Positions 1 through 8,400 of a DNA stretch of 24,000 nt are shown piece by piece. Below the pieces are notes generated by a model. The model was not told the DNA's origin. It saw only the letters and a list, made by a program, of their open reading frames with translations, and searched no databases. Each line of letters begins with the position of its first letter. The stretch's first letter is position 1. A program made the position numbers and the translations under genes. This DNA comes from Candidatus Paracaedibacter symbiosus (GTDB lineage: Bacteria > Pseudomonadota > Alphaproteobacteria > Paracaedibacterales > Paracaedibacteraceae), in NCBI RefSeq assembly GCF_000757605.1, contig NZ_JQAK01000001.1, positions 1,142,782 through 1,166,781 of the forward strand, written 5' to 3'.

Positions 1-953
1 ATGGCTCCCCTGCTTACCCCCAGCCAGAATCACTTTTTGATATCGCTGTAGAAATGAAATTCACTCATTTTGGCACTTCTGCTAAGTTTATTGACAGTCT
101 AGCTAAGCAAGCTGTCGACATCACGACGTCCCATGATCTCTCATCGTTGCGGATGATTATGTCAACCGGCTCTCCCCTCGCACCGGAAAGCTTTGATTAT
201 GTCTATCAGCATATCAAAAAAAGTGTTTGTCTTGCTTCCATTTCTGGCGGCACCGATATTGTTTCGTGTTTCGCTTTAGGCAACCCGATTGCCCCTGTGT
301 GGCAAGGGGAGCTGCAAACACCCGGACTCGCAATGAATATTGCTGTGACTGATGAAACAGGCAAAATCTTGCCTCAAGGTAAGAAGGGAGAGTTGATCTG
401 TTTAACTCCTTTCCCGTCACAGCCCCTTGGTTTCTGGAACGATCCTGCCGGTGAAAAATATCACCATGCCTATTTTGCCAAATTCCCCGGCATCTGGCAT
501 CATGGTGATTTTGTTGAGTTGACTCCTCACAATGGCTTAATTATCCATGGACGTTCTGATGCCGTGCTAAATCCTGGAGGTGTGCGCATTGGCACAGCTG
601 AAATTTACCGCCAGGTGGAACAAATTAATGAGGTTTTGGAATGTATTGCGGTGGGGCAAAATTGGAATAATGATGTCCGTGTGGTTTTATTTGTTAAGCT
701 GAAAAATGGCATTGAATTAGATGAATTATTGGTCACAAAGATCAAACAACAAATTAAAATCAATACTACCCCCCGCCATGTTCCAGCTAAAATCATCCAG
801 ATCACCGACATTCCTCGTACTAAAAGTGGAAAAATTGCTGAAGTTGCAGTGCGTGATACAATCCATGGTCAAAAGATAAATAATAGCGAAGCTTTAGCTA
901 ATCCAGAAAGCTTAGAAGCTTATAAAAACATTTCTGAATTAACTAAAGATTGA
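1..953 (+). CDS. aacS: acetoacetyl-CoA synthetase (acetoacetate-CoA ligase), C-terminal part; 5' end lies outside the window
   Basis: Frame 3 is open from the window edge, with no stop between nt 3 and the first ATG at 54, so the gene is truncated by the window. The translation carries ANL adenylate-forming motifs: GGTDI, HGDF..HGRSDAVLNPGGVRIGTAEIY and PRTKSGKI. The GVRIGTAEIY block is as I recall it from acetoacetyl-CoA synthetases. Stop is TGA at 951-953. Confidence 0.75.
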   Translation, partial: GSPAYPQPESLFDIAVEMKFTHFGTSAKFIDSLAKQAVDITTSHDLSSLRMIMSTGSPLAPESFDYVYQHIKKSVCLASISGGTDIVSCFALGNPIAPVWQGELQTPGLAMNIAVTDETGKILPQGKKGELICLTPFPSQPLGFWNDPAGEKYHHAYFAKFPGIWHHGDFVELTPHNGLIIHGRSDAVLNPGGVRIGTAEIYRQVEQINEVLECIAVGQNWNNDVRVVLFVKLKNGIELDELLVTKIKQQIKINTTPRHVPAKIIQITDIPRTKSGKIAEVAVRDTIHGQKINNSEALANPESLEAYKNISELTKD

Positions 954-1049
954 AATTCTTTTATAATAAGCTACTTTGTAGGGGCAACGTAGTAGTTAGT
1001 TTAACCAGGCTCACTACGATGAGTTCTGTTTAAAAGATTACTACGCGCC

Positions 1050-1084
1050 CTATCATATTGAATTTTCGATATGATAGTGTTTTT
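1050..1084 (+). terminator. AT-rich hairpin plus T-run, possible aacS terminator
   Basis: Perfect 9-bp inverted repeat ctatcatat (1050-1058) / atatgatag (1069-1077), followed by tgttttt. It lies about 100 nt after the aacS stop. The stem is AT-rich, so this is weak. Confidence 0.3.
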
Positions 1085-1280
1085 AAGCATCTTTAATTCG
1101 GGAGAAGACCTTGGCGTCAGTCTCAACGCTTCACCAGGGTTTTAATTAATGGTGTTAAAAACAAAGCAAGCAACAACCCCGTGATCATAAGGGATAATTA
1201 CCTCTAAGATTAACGGCGATAGGTTGCAACTCGTGAAAGGCCTAGTCAGCCCGTCATGTAGTCTTTTTTTGCGAAAGATA

Positions 1281-1313
1281 ACAAAGGCCACTGTAAAGTG
1301 GCCTTTGTTGTGC
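1281..1313. terminator. bidirectional intrinsic terminator between convergent transcription units
   Basis: Perfect 11-bp inverted repeat acaaaggccac / gtggcctttgt with a 6-nt loop. The GC core is ggccac. T-rich tails follow on both strands: tttgttgtg on plus, tttgttatcttt on minus. Confidence 0.55.
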
Positions 1314-1367
1314 CAACATGGAATGATTTTGACTAAAATTATAGATTAAATCAACAATTATTTCATC

Positions 1368-1561
1368 TTACTTTTTCTCACATAAGTTAGCAGCATTGAT
1401 ATGCTGCTCTATGAACTTCATAACAAGGGTTTCAGCTTCTTCATATTGCTCGAAAGTACTGCGATGGTTACCGCCTTTCATTTCAATAAATAAAGTCGGA
1501 TCAAGGTTTGCTTTTTCACCATAACGCGCTCGGTGTAATTGCTTAGCCCGAGTTTTTTTCC
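1368..1561 (-). pseudogene. 3' remnant of an alpha/beta-hydrolase-like gene with no usable start codon
   Basis: The minus-strand frame directly after the fah stop reads ..KKTRAKQLHRARYGEKANLDPTLFIEMKGGNHRSTFEQYEEAETLVMKFIEQHINAANLCEKK*, with stop TAA at 1368-1370. This looks like the C-terminal catalytic-His block (G-G-x-H) of an alpha/beta hydrolase. The only ATG gives 35 aa, and the frame is closed by stops inside fah. Confidence 0.3.
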
Positions 1562-2554
1562 CTATTTTTCTGGGTGGTATTGATTAACTTTTTGATCAAT
1601 AGCGCCAAACACAGATTCCCCTTGTCGCGTCAGCATTTCGATGCGAATCTGATCACCAAACTTCATAAAGTCCGTTTTCGCCTGACCAGTTTCTATGATT
1701 TCGCGCATGCGTCGTTCGGCAATACAAGAAGATCCCTTGGTTGAATCAGCATTGGCGACAGTGCCTGAGCCCACAATCGTGCCTGCCCCTAAAAACCTGG
1801 TTTTTGCGGCATGAGCAATCAGATCAGGAAAGGAAAAAATCATATCAGTTCCTGCCTCTGGCGCGCCAAACGCTGTCCCATTTAAAGTGGAGCACAGCGG
1901 TAAATGAACACGCCCACCTTGCCAGGCTTGACCCAATTCATCCGGAGTAATCGCCACAGGAGAGAAACTCGATGCTGGTTTACTTTGATAAAATCCAAAC
2001 CCTTTAGCCAGTTCCCCTGGAATTAAATTGCGTAAAGACACATCATTGACAAGCGCCAATAGCTTGATGTGAGATAACGCCTCAGACGCCGAAACCCCCA
2101 TGGCCACATCATCAGTGATCACCACGATTTCTGCTTCAAAATCAATCCCCCAGGACTCATCAGCAACGATAATAGGATCCCTGGCCCCTAAAAGAATATC
2201 TGAGCCTCCTTGGTACATCAGCGGATCCGTCCAAAAACTGGCTGGCATCTCAGCGCCTCTGGCTTTACGCACTAACTCCACATGGGTAACATACGCGCTG
2301 CCATCGACCCACTGATAGGCGCGTGGCAAGGGTGCTGCCACAGATAATTCATTAAATGGTACAGCACCTTTCGCCTGCCCTTGATTGAGGGTCTCAGAGA
2401 GTTTTAACAAACTAACCTCAACATCCTCCCAATTATCTAAGGCTTGCTGGAGAGTTGCGGCAATGTCTCTCGCCTCAACAGCAAAGTTAAGACCTTTATC
2501 AACAACAAAAAGACAGCCATCACGGGTCCCATTGTTGATAGTTGCTACCTTCAT
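1562..2554 (-). CDS. fumarylacetoacetate hydrolase (FAH) family protein, probable fumarylacetoacetase of the homogentisate pathway
   Basis: 330 aa starting from MKVATINNG. The FAH-fold block GIDFEAEIVVITDD is present. The ATG at 2552-2554 overlaps the hmgA stop (ATGA), suggesting translational coupling. I prefer this start over the track start at 2575. Confidence 0.8.
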   Translation of the reverse strand: MKVATINNGTRDGCLFVVDKGLNFAVEARDIAATLQQALDNWEDVEVSLLKLSETLNQGQAKGAVPFNELSVAAPLPRAYQWVDGSAYVTHVELVRKARGAEMPASFWTDPLMYQGGSDILLGARDPIIVADESWGIDFEAEIVVITDDVAMGVSASEALSHIKLLALVNDVSLRNLIPGELAKGFGFYQSKPASSFSPVAITPDELGQAWQGGRVHLPLCSTLNGTAFGAPEAGTDMIFSFPDLIAHAAKTRFLGAGTIVGSGTVANADSTKGSSCIAERRMREIIETGQAKTDFMKFGDQIRIEMLTRQGESVFGAIDQKVNQYHPEK

Positions 2555-3690
2555 GGATACTGCTCCCCTTTCCAAGAATTGACATAGTTGAGATCCTCAA
2601 CGGACTCAGCCACCTTTGATAGATCAAGTCCATCCCGTGTGTCAATCATTACCGCAACCTCATCAGTTTCTTTGCGAATATTATTTTTTCCAGCCTTAAA
2701 AGCGCCTGGGTGAGGACCATGGATAAAACCACTGGGATGAAAGGTCATCATGCCGGGGTGGATATTATCGCGGCTAAAAAATTGCCCCTTATGATAAAAA
2801 ATCACCTCATCATAATCATCATTACTGTGATAAAAGGGAACTTTTAAGGCACCTGGGTCGGACTCAATGGGTCGAGGACAAAAGGTGCAAACCACAAACC
2901 GATCACTCGTAAAAGTTGTATGCGCCGAGGGCGGCAAATGGGCGCGGTGACTCATTAAAGGGCGAATGTCGCGCCAATTAATCTTAACTGGAGCTAAATT
3001 GCCATGCCAACCAACAGCATCCAAAGGATTAAACTTGAAAGTAATGGTGGAGATTTCCTGGCGACGCTTGACTTTTACTTGCCAGTGTTGCTGTGTCTGC
3101 TGTTGCTGAGCCTTAAAAGCCTCATTAATCTGAGGGGTGAGGAGCGTGGCTGGATCAAAAATCGCATGTCCCCCCACAATACCTTTTTCGGGCAGTTGAT
3201 AATGGCCGTCCGTGGCCTCAATCATCAAAATTTTTAAAGGTTTATGGACTTTAAGCCACCACTGAGTGCCGCGTGGCAACATCACATAATCACCCTCACT
3301 AAACTCTAAATGGCCATAGTCGCAAAAGAGATCAGCTGCACCCTCATGGAGGAACAATAGCTCGTCTCCATCGCTGTTACGCACCAAATGATCCATGCTT
3401 TTACAAACCCGTCACCACCGAATCTGGCAGTGAGAGTTGCTTAAAATAGGTGCTGCCTGCCAGGGGCTTACCGGTGTTGCATCAATCTTCAGCAGATCAA
3501 ACGCATGGGGTTTGAGAGTCCCTTCAATAGACGACCAGGCCGTGGGCGCATGTGTGTGATACATGTGCGTTGCGGGGCCAAAAAATCCTTCTTTACTGAT
3601 TTCGCGTTCATAAGTGCCTGCGGGCAAATCAGCATGAGCCTGTTTCGACGACAAACCTTCAGAGAGAGGAAATTGAATCCAAGACTTCAT
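2551..3690 (-). pseudogene. hmgA: homogentisate 1,2-dioxygenase interrupted by one in-frame TGA
   Basis: The 92-aa ORF (3412-3690) and the 281-aa ORF (2551-3396) are in the same frame. They are separated only by TGA (3412-3414) and 5 sense codons: ..CQIRW*RVCKSMDHLVRNSDGDELLF... The joined product of about 379 aa has HmgA-like blocks (RNSDGDELLF, GDYVMLPRGT, FHPSGFIHGPHPG). AAGGAG lies 9 nt upstream of the ATG at 3690. Confidence 0.8.
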
Positions 3691-3704
3691 CGGAAGCTTC
3701 TCCT

Positions 3705-4796
3705 TTAAATGACACCACGTGTTTCTTGATCCCGTTCCATTGCTTCAAACAAAGCAGAAAAGTTTCCTTCCCCAAATCCCTGATGGCCAAGGCGTTGGAT
3801 AATCTCAAAGAAAATTGGGCCAATGACCGTATTGGTGAAGATTTGCAAGAGTAAATCAACTTTTTTATCAATCACTTCGCCGTCCATCAAAATCTGATTT
3901 TTCGCCAGCCGCGCCATATCTTGACCATGATGGGGTAGGCGTTCTTCAACCACCTGATAGTACGAAGCCGGTACTGTCATAAATGGAATCTTATGCAGGG
4001 ACAATTGCTCAACTGAGTCAGCAATCGTGTCACTCCCCAACGCAATATGCTGAATCCCCTCGCCCTTATATTCATTTAAATATTCAGCAATTTGAGATTT
4101 ATCATCAGCTGATTCATTAATCGGGATACGGATTTTCCCACAGGGACTAATCATTGCTCGACTGAACAACCCGGTCTTTTGTCCTGTAATATTAAAATAG
4201 CGTTGCTGGCGGAAGTTAAATAATTTCTCATAAAAGTCAGCCCAGATATCCATCCGCCCCTGATAGACATTGTGCGTCAGGTGGTCAATATAGGTCAGGC
4301 CGAATCCCTTTGGATTCAAATCAACACCCGGAAAATAATCAAAATCTGTATCATAAATTGTGCGACCTCTATATTGGTCGACAAGAAATAAAAAGCTTTC
4401 ACCAATGCCGGAAAGGGCCGGAATATGGAGCTCTCCTTCGTTCACTGGCGTTTCAGCAGACTTGGCTCCAAGGGATAAAGCACGCATATGGGCAAACTTC
4501 GCATCAGCCACACGGAATGCCATGGCGCAAGCAGAAGGCCCATGTTCGGCTGCATAATAGGATGCATAAGTCCCAGGTTCCCGGTTAATCAAAAAATTGA
4601 TATCACCCTGACGATAGAGAGTGACTTGCTTGCTGCGATGTTTGGCGATAGGGACAAACCCCATGCGGCTAAAAAGATCTTCCAAATCCCCTTCATTGGG
4701 GCTAGTATATTCGACAAATTCAAATCCATCTGTTGCCATTGGATTTTCAAGTTCTGCGTGATCTTGGCCGTTAGCCACAAACGTTGAGTGCCTCAT
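3705..4796 (-). CDS. hppD: 4-hydroxyphenylpyruvate dioxygenase
   Basis: HPPD blocks GFEFVEYTSP, GIQHIALGSD and FFEIIQRLGHQGFGEGNFSALFEAMERDQ are present. The start at 4796 (MRHSTF..) has GAGGGG 5-10 nt upstream and lies downstream of the candidate promoter. The track start at 4865 would abut folK and has no RBS. Confidence 0.9.
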   Translation of the reverse strand: MRHSTFVANGQDHAELENPMATDGFEFVEYTSPNEGDLEDLFSRMGFVPIAKHRSKQVTLYRQGDINFLINREPGTYASYYAAEHGPSACAMAFRVADAKFAHMRALSLGAKSAETPVNEGELHIPALSGIGESFLFLVDQYRGRTIYDTDFDYFPGVDLNPKGFGLTYIDHLTHNVYQGRMDIWADFYEKLFNFRQQRYFNITGQKTGLFSRAMISPCGKIRIPINESADDKSQIAEYLNEYKGEGIQHIALGSDTIADSVEQLSLHKIPFMTVPASYYQVVEERLPHHGQDMARLAKNQILMDGEVIDKKVDLLLQIFTNTVIGPIFFEIIQRLGHQGFGEGNFSALFEAMERDQETRGVI

Positions 4797-4829
4797 TCTT
4801 ACCCCTCTTAGAAAAAACATCTTTCTTTG

Positions 4830-4858
4830 ATGGTAAGCAATCTTGCCAGCCACGTCAA
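4830..4858 (-). promoter_or_regulatory. candidate sigma70-type promoter of the hppD-hmgA-fah operon
   Basis: The minus strand reads TTGACG (4858-4853), a 17-nt spacer, then TACCAT (4835-4830). This sits about 30 nt upstream of the hppD ATG at 4796. Confidence 0.35.
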
Positions 4859-4866
4859 AAACCAAT

Positions 4867-5334
4867 TTAAGCCGCGGTCTTTTGTTTCAATAAGGTTAAT
4901 TTTTCCATTATTGTTGTCTTTGTGACTGGACAGATAAAGGTGGGGGCTAGTTCTGACATTAATGCCAAGATAAATTCCCGTTCATCATTATGAGGGTGGG
5001 GAATTTGAAGGATAGAATTCTTGAAAATCAACTGATCATAATAAAGCATATCAATATCAATCACCCGTGGTCCATAGCGATAGGTGGGGGTACGGCCCAT
5101 TTTTACTTCTATATTTTTAGTCACTTCCAGCAAATCTAAAACAGAAATAGTCGTTTCAATTTCAATAACTTGATTATAAAAATCTGGTTGTTCAGTCACA
5201 TACATTGGCTTGGTACACAAGACTGAGGACAAAGCAACCACCCTCACTTTTGTTTCAAGTTCGGTGATAGCACAGGCTAAATTACGGCGACAATCGCCTA
5301 AATTACTCCCAAGACCTAAATAAACAGTTGCCAT
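4867..5334 (-). CDS. folK: 2-amino-4-hydroxy-6-hydroxymethyldihydropteridine pyrophosphokinase (HPPK)
   Basis: 155 aa carrying the HPPK blocks YLGLGSNLGD, GPRVIDIDML and LQIPHPHNDEREF. AGGAG lies upstream of the ATG. Confidence 0.85.
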   Translation of the reverse strand: MATVYLGLGSNLGDCRRNLACAITELETKVRVVALSSVLCTKPMYVTEQPDFYNQVIEIETTISVLDLLEVTKNIEVKMGRTPTYRYGPRVIDIDMLYYDQLIFKNSILQIPHPHNDEREFILALMSELAPTFICPVTKTTIMEKLTLLKQKTAA

Positions 5335-5427
5335 AATGCAGGAATTCTCCTAAATTTTCCGTGTACGGTTTACCCGCCCCATAAATACTCAACTCGTCAT
5401 TACGAGCCTTCGAAACAAAGCGTGCTG

Positions 5428-5454
5428 ATCTCCTCAAAAATAAAGTAAGGAGAT
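5428..5454 (+). promoter_or_regulatory. hairpin that pairs the Shine-Dalgarno of the large flavoprotein gene with an upstream anti-SD
   Basis: atctcct (5428-5434) is the exact reverse complement of aggagat (5448-5454), with a 13-nt A-rich loop between. The 3' arm contains the AAGGAG that sits 8 nt before the TTG at 5461. Confidence 0.3.
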
Positions 5455-5460
5455 TGCCAC

Positions 5461-8400
5461 TTGGCTTATGCTCCGCACAATGACAGTATCTGGTTTTTGA
5501 AAAGCGAGCCGTCCACAACATTCAATTACATGAGTTTTGGCTTAAAAATGTCTGCATCAACAAACTTTTTATCACTTTCCTTTGGTTTATCATTTACTGA
5601 CCTCTACCACAATAGCGGTTTGAAGAAACTGGATACCTGTTTTCAAGACTTTTTAAGTGGTCAAGATCCTGAGTTAGGTGTGGCTTATCAATTTCACCGT
5701 CAAAACCCCACCGATGATAAAAGTGCGTCTGAGCTTTTTTTGACCCTTGCGCCTTATGTCGAAGATTTTATTGGCGAATTATTTCAGATTCGCCACGAAA
5801 TTAATGCGTTGCAGCAACAACATCAAACATTAGCCGTGGTGCCGCAGATCAAGCGCCAGTTTGTCCAACGTCAGGCTTTACGCAAATATTCTAAAGACAT
5901 AGCGGCAACGCTTGATGGCTCTCAAATTCGTGAGCAACTTGAAAAATCCATCCATCCTTTCACTGAGATAACCTTTGCCAGAATTGTGGATGAATGGCTG
6001 AAAAATGAATCCGCTCACCAAGAACAACTCAACCTTGCTGCACAATACGCCGCCTGGGCCACCTTAACACCCGCAGGGCGCTACTTTCATCGTCAGGATA
6101 TCTTATTCCAGCAACCAGAAAAGCTAGACTTCCAGAATTTGATCCCTTTCCATCTCATGGATGACTTTAAACAAGGTTTGTTGGATCATCGGCGCAACCG
6201 TGTCGGCTTTGATTTGACAGATGCTGGGTTTAGTCGTCTCAAAGCCCTTGATCAAGCGAACTATTGTATTTGGTGTCACCATCAGTCCAAGGATTCTTGC
6301 TCTAAGGGATTAAAACCAAAAACAGAGGCCACTGACAAGTTTATTAAAAATTGGGCTGGCATTAATCTCACCGGTTGCCCTTTGGAGGAGAAGATTTCAG
6401 AAATGAATGAATCAAAAGCCAAAGGATTTACTCTTGCTGCTCTTGCGATTGCGACCATTGATAATCCAATGGTTGCCGCCACGGGCCACAGAATTTGTAA
6501 TGACTGTATGAAGGCATGCATTTATCAAAAACAAGAACCAGTCAATATCCCTGGGCTGGAAACACAAATTCTTAAAGACGTTCTTGAGCTTCCGTGGGGT
6601 TTTGAAATTTATAGTCTGCTTACGCGCTGGAATCCATTAAACCTAAAGCGACCGCTGCCAATGGCTGAATCTGGGTATAAAGTGTTGGTGGTTGGAACTG
6701 GCCCTGCGGGCTTTACGCTGGCGCATCACCTTCTCAATGATGGTCATGCGGTTGTGGCCATTGACGGCCTTAAAATTGAACCTTTACCAGTGAATCAAAG
6801 TGGGGTGGACATTCAAGGGCAGCGACATCCCTTTGCTCCGATTTACTCCGTTAAAGAATTGCAAGAAAAGCTAGGAGCCCGTATCACAGGTGGCTTTGGT
6901 GGTGTGGCTGAATATGGCATCACCGTACGCTGGGATAAAAATTATCTCAAGATGATTCGCCTCTTGCTGGAGCGTCGGGAAAACTTTGCTCTGTTTGGTG
7001 GCATTCGGTTTGGCGGTACCCTTTCCATTGATCAAGCTTTTGCGATGGGGTTTGATCATATTGCCTTGTGCATGGGCGCTGGTAGCCCGACGTTAATTCC
7101 CATGAAAAATAGCTTAGCGATCGGTGTGCGTCAGGCCAGCGATTTCTTGATGGCATTGCAGCTAACGGGGGCAGCTAAAGAAGAATCTATTGCGAACCTT
7201 CAAGTTCGTCTGCCCGCCGTTGTCATTGGTGGTGGCTTGACCGCCATCGACACCGCTACTGAAACCATGGCCTATTATCCCCTGCAGGTGGAAAAGTTCT
7301 ATAAACGCTACCAACAGCTTTGCCAAACACAAAACGAAACTCAGTTACGCAGTCAATGGTTAGAGAGCGAGCTTGTCATCGTCGATGAGTATTTAACCCA
7401 CGGCGCCGCGATTGTCGCTGAAAGTCAAGCCGCTGCCATTGAGGGTCGCCAACCCAACTTCCAGCGTTTGATCAACGAATGGGGGGGAGTCACCGTCGCT
7501 TATCGCCGCGATGTGACTCAGGCGCCAAGCTATACGCTCAACCACGAAGAAGTGGCAATAGCCTTGGAAGAAGGTATCCAAATCCTCGACCACGCGATAC
7601 CGATATCGGTTAATATTGATGCGGCAGGCCAAGCTGAATCCCTTACCATCCAGCACCTGGATCAAGAGCAGATTTTACCAGCACGGACGATTTTGGTGGC
7701 TGCTGGGACCAAACCCAACATTAACTTGAAGTATGATGAGCTCAACTACCTTTCCTTTGCGGGAAATAGTTTCCAAGCTTATGATGAGGCAGGGCATCCG
7801 GTCACGCCCCAAAAACTTGCCAAGCCAGATACACCGCATGTATTGATGTCGATTCTGGATAATCAAAAATCCATCAGCTTTTTTGGAGATATGCATCCCT
7901 CTTTTGCCGGCAACGTGGTGAAAGCGATGGGAAGTGCAAAACAAGGCTACCCTGTTATTTCGCGCATGTTGCACCGTCGTCCTGTAGATAAGGAGGTGCC
8001 AGCTCCTCTATTGATTGACTCCCTCAACCAGCAATTGCGCGCCACAGTTTATGCCATCACAAGACTAACCCCAACAATTGTTGAGGTTACTATTCACGCT
8101 CCCTTGGCAGCCCGGAATTTCCAACCAGGACAATTCTACCGCCTCCAAAATTTTGAAACTTTTGCCCCCGTTCGCAAGGGCACACGATTTGTAATGGAAG
8201 GTTTAGCCCTCACTGGCGCCAGTGTTGATCTTGAGAAAGGCTTGCTATCAACGATTGTACTTGAGATGGGTGGTTCTTCTAATCTGTGCACCCTTCTACA
8301 CCCAGGGGATCCTGTGGTGTTAATGGGTCCCACTGGCGCACCTACGGAAATCCCCCACAATGAGACAGTGTTGCTGGCAGGCGGTGGCCTGGGCAATGCC

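Noticed and set aside
1123-1188. Possible paralogy between two mini-ORF peptides: MITGLLLALFLTPLIKTLVKR (1188-1123, minus) and MVTALLLIAMFGKMIDLFLDSS (15746-15814, plus). This would suggest a family of small membrane or toxin-like peptides.
   Set aside because: Only about 6 of 21 residues are identical, mostly Leu, which is expected by chance for short hydrophobic frames in AT-rich spacers. There is no convincing RBS, no flanking repeat or antisense RNA structure, and the nucleotide sequences are not obviously related.
983-1270. Possible tmRNA or other housekeeping ncRNA, because the segment begins GGGGCAACG and contains a short frame ending in TAA.
   Set aside because: There is no T-arm (GGTTCGAATCC-like) and no 3' acceptor strand with CCA complementary to the 5' end. 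The candidate tag frame (..ASNNPVIIRDNYL*) does not end in the usual hydrophobic/Ala-Ala tail. No SRP or RNase P core motifs were seen either.
2555-2575. Longer N-terminal extensions offered by the ORF track: fah from 2575, hppD from 4865, iscX from 17165, iscS from 22089, iscR from 23623, the channel from 13561 and the aldolase from 10269.
   Set aside because: In each case an internal ATG has a proper SD and/or an ATGA/TAATG coupling overlap, and matches where the protein family normally begins. The extensions overlap upstream genes and lack an RBS.
3412-3414. Alternative genetic code (TGA=Trp) or selenocysteine as the explanation for the in-frame TGA in hmgA.
   Set aside because: TGA terminates at least four other well-supported genes in the window at family-appropriate lengths, and no other gene is interrupted by TGA. 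HmgA is not a known selenoprotein, and I see no convincing stem-loop immediately downstream of the codon.
5303-5521. 72-aa minus-strand ORF spanning the folK / flavoprotein divergent region.
   Set aside because: It overlaps the folK start and the opposite-strand gene start. It has no RBS or motifs. The region is better explained as divergent promoter and leader sequence.
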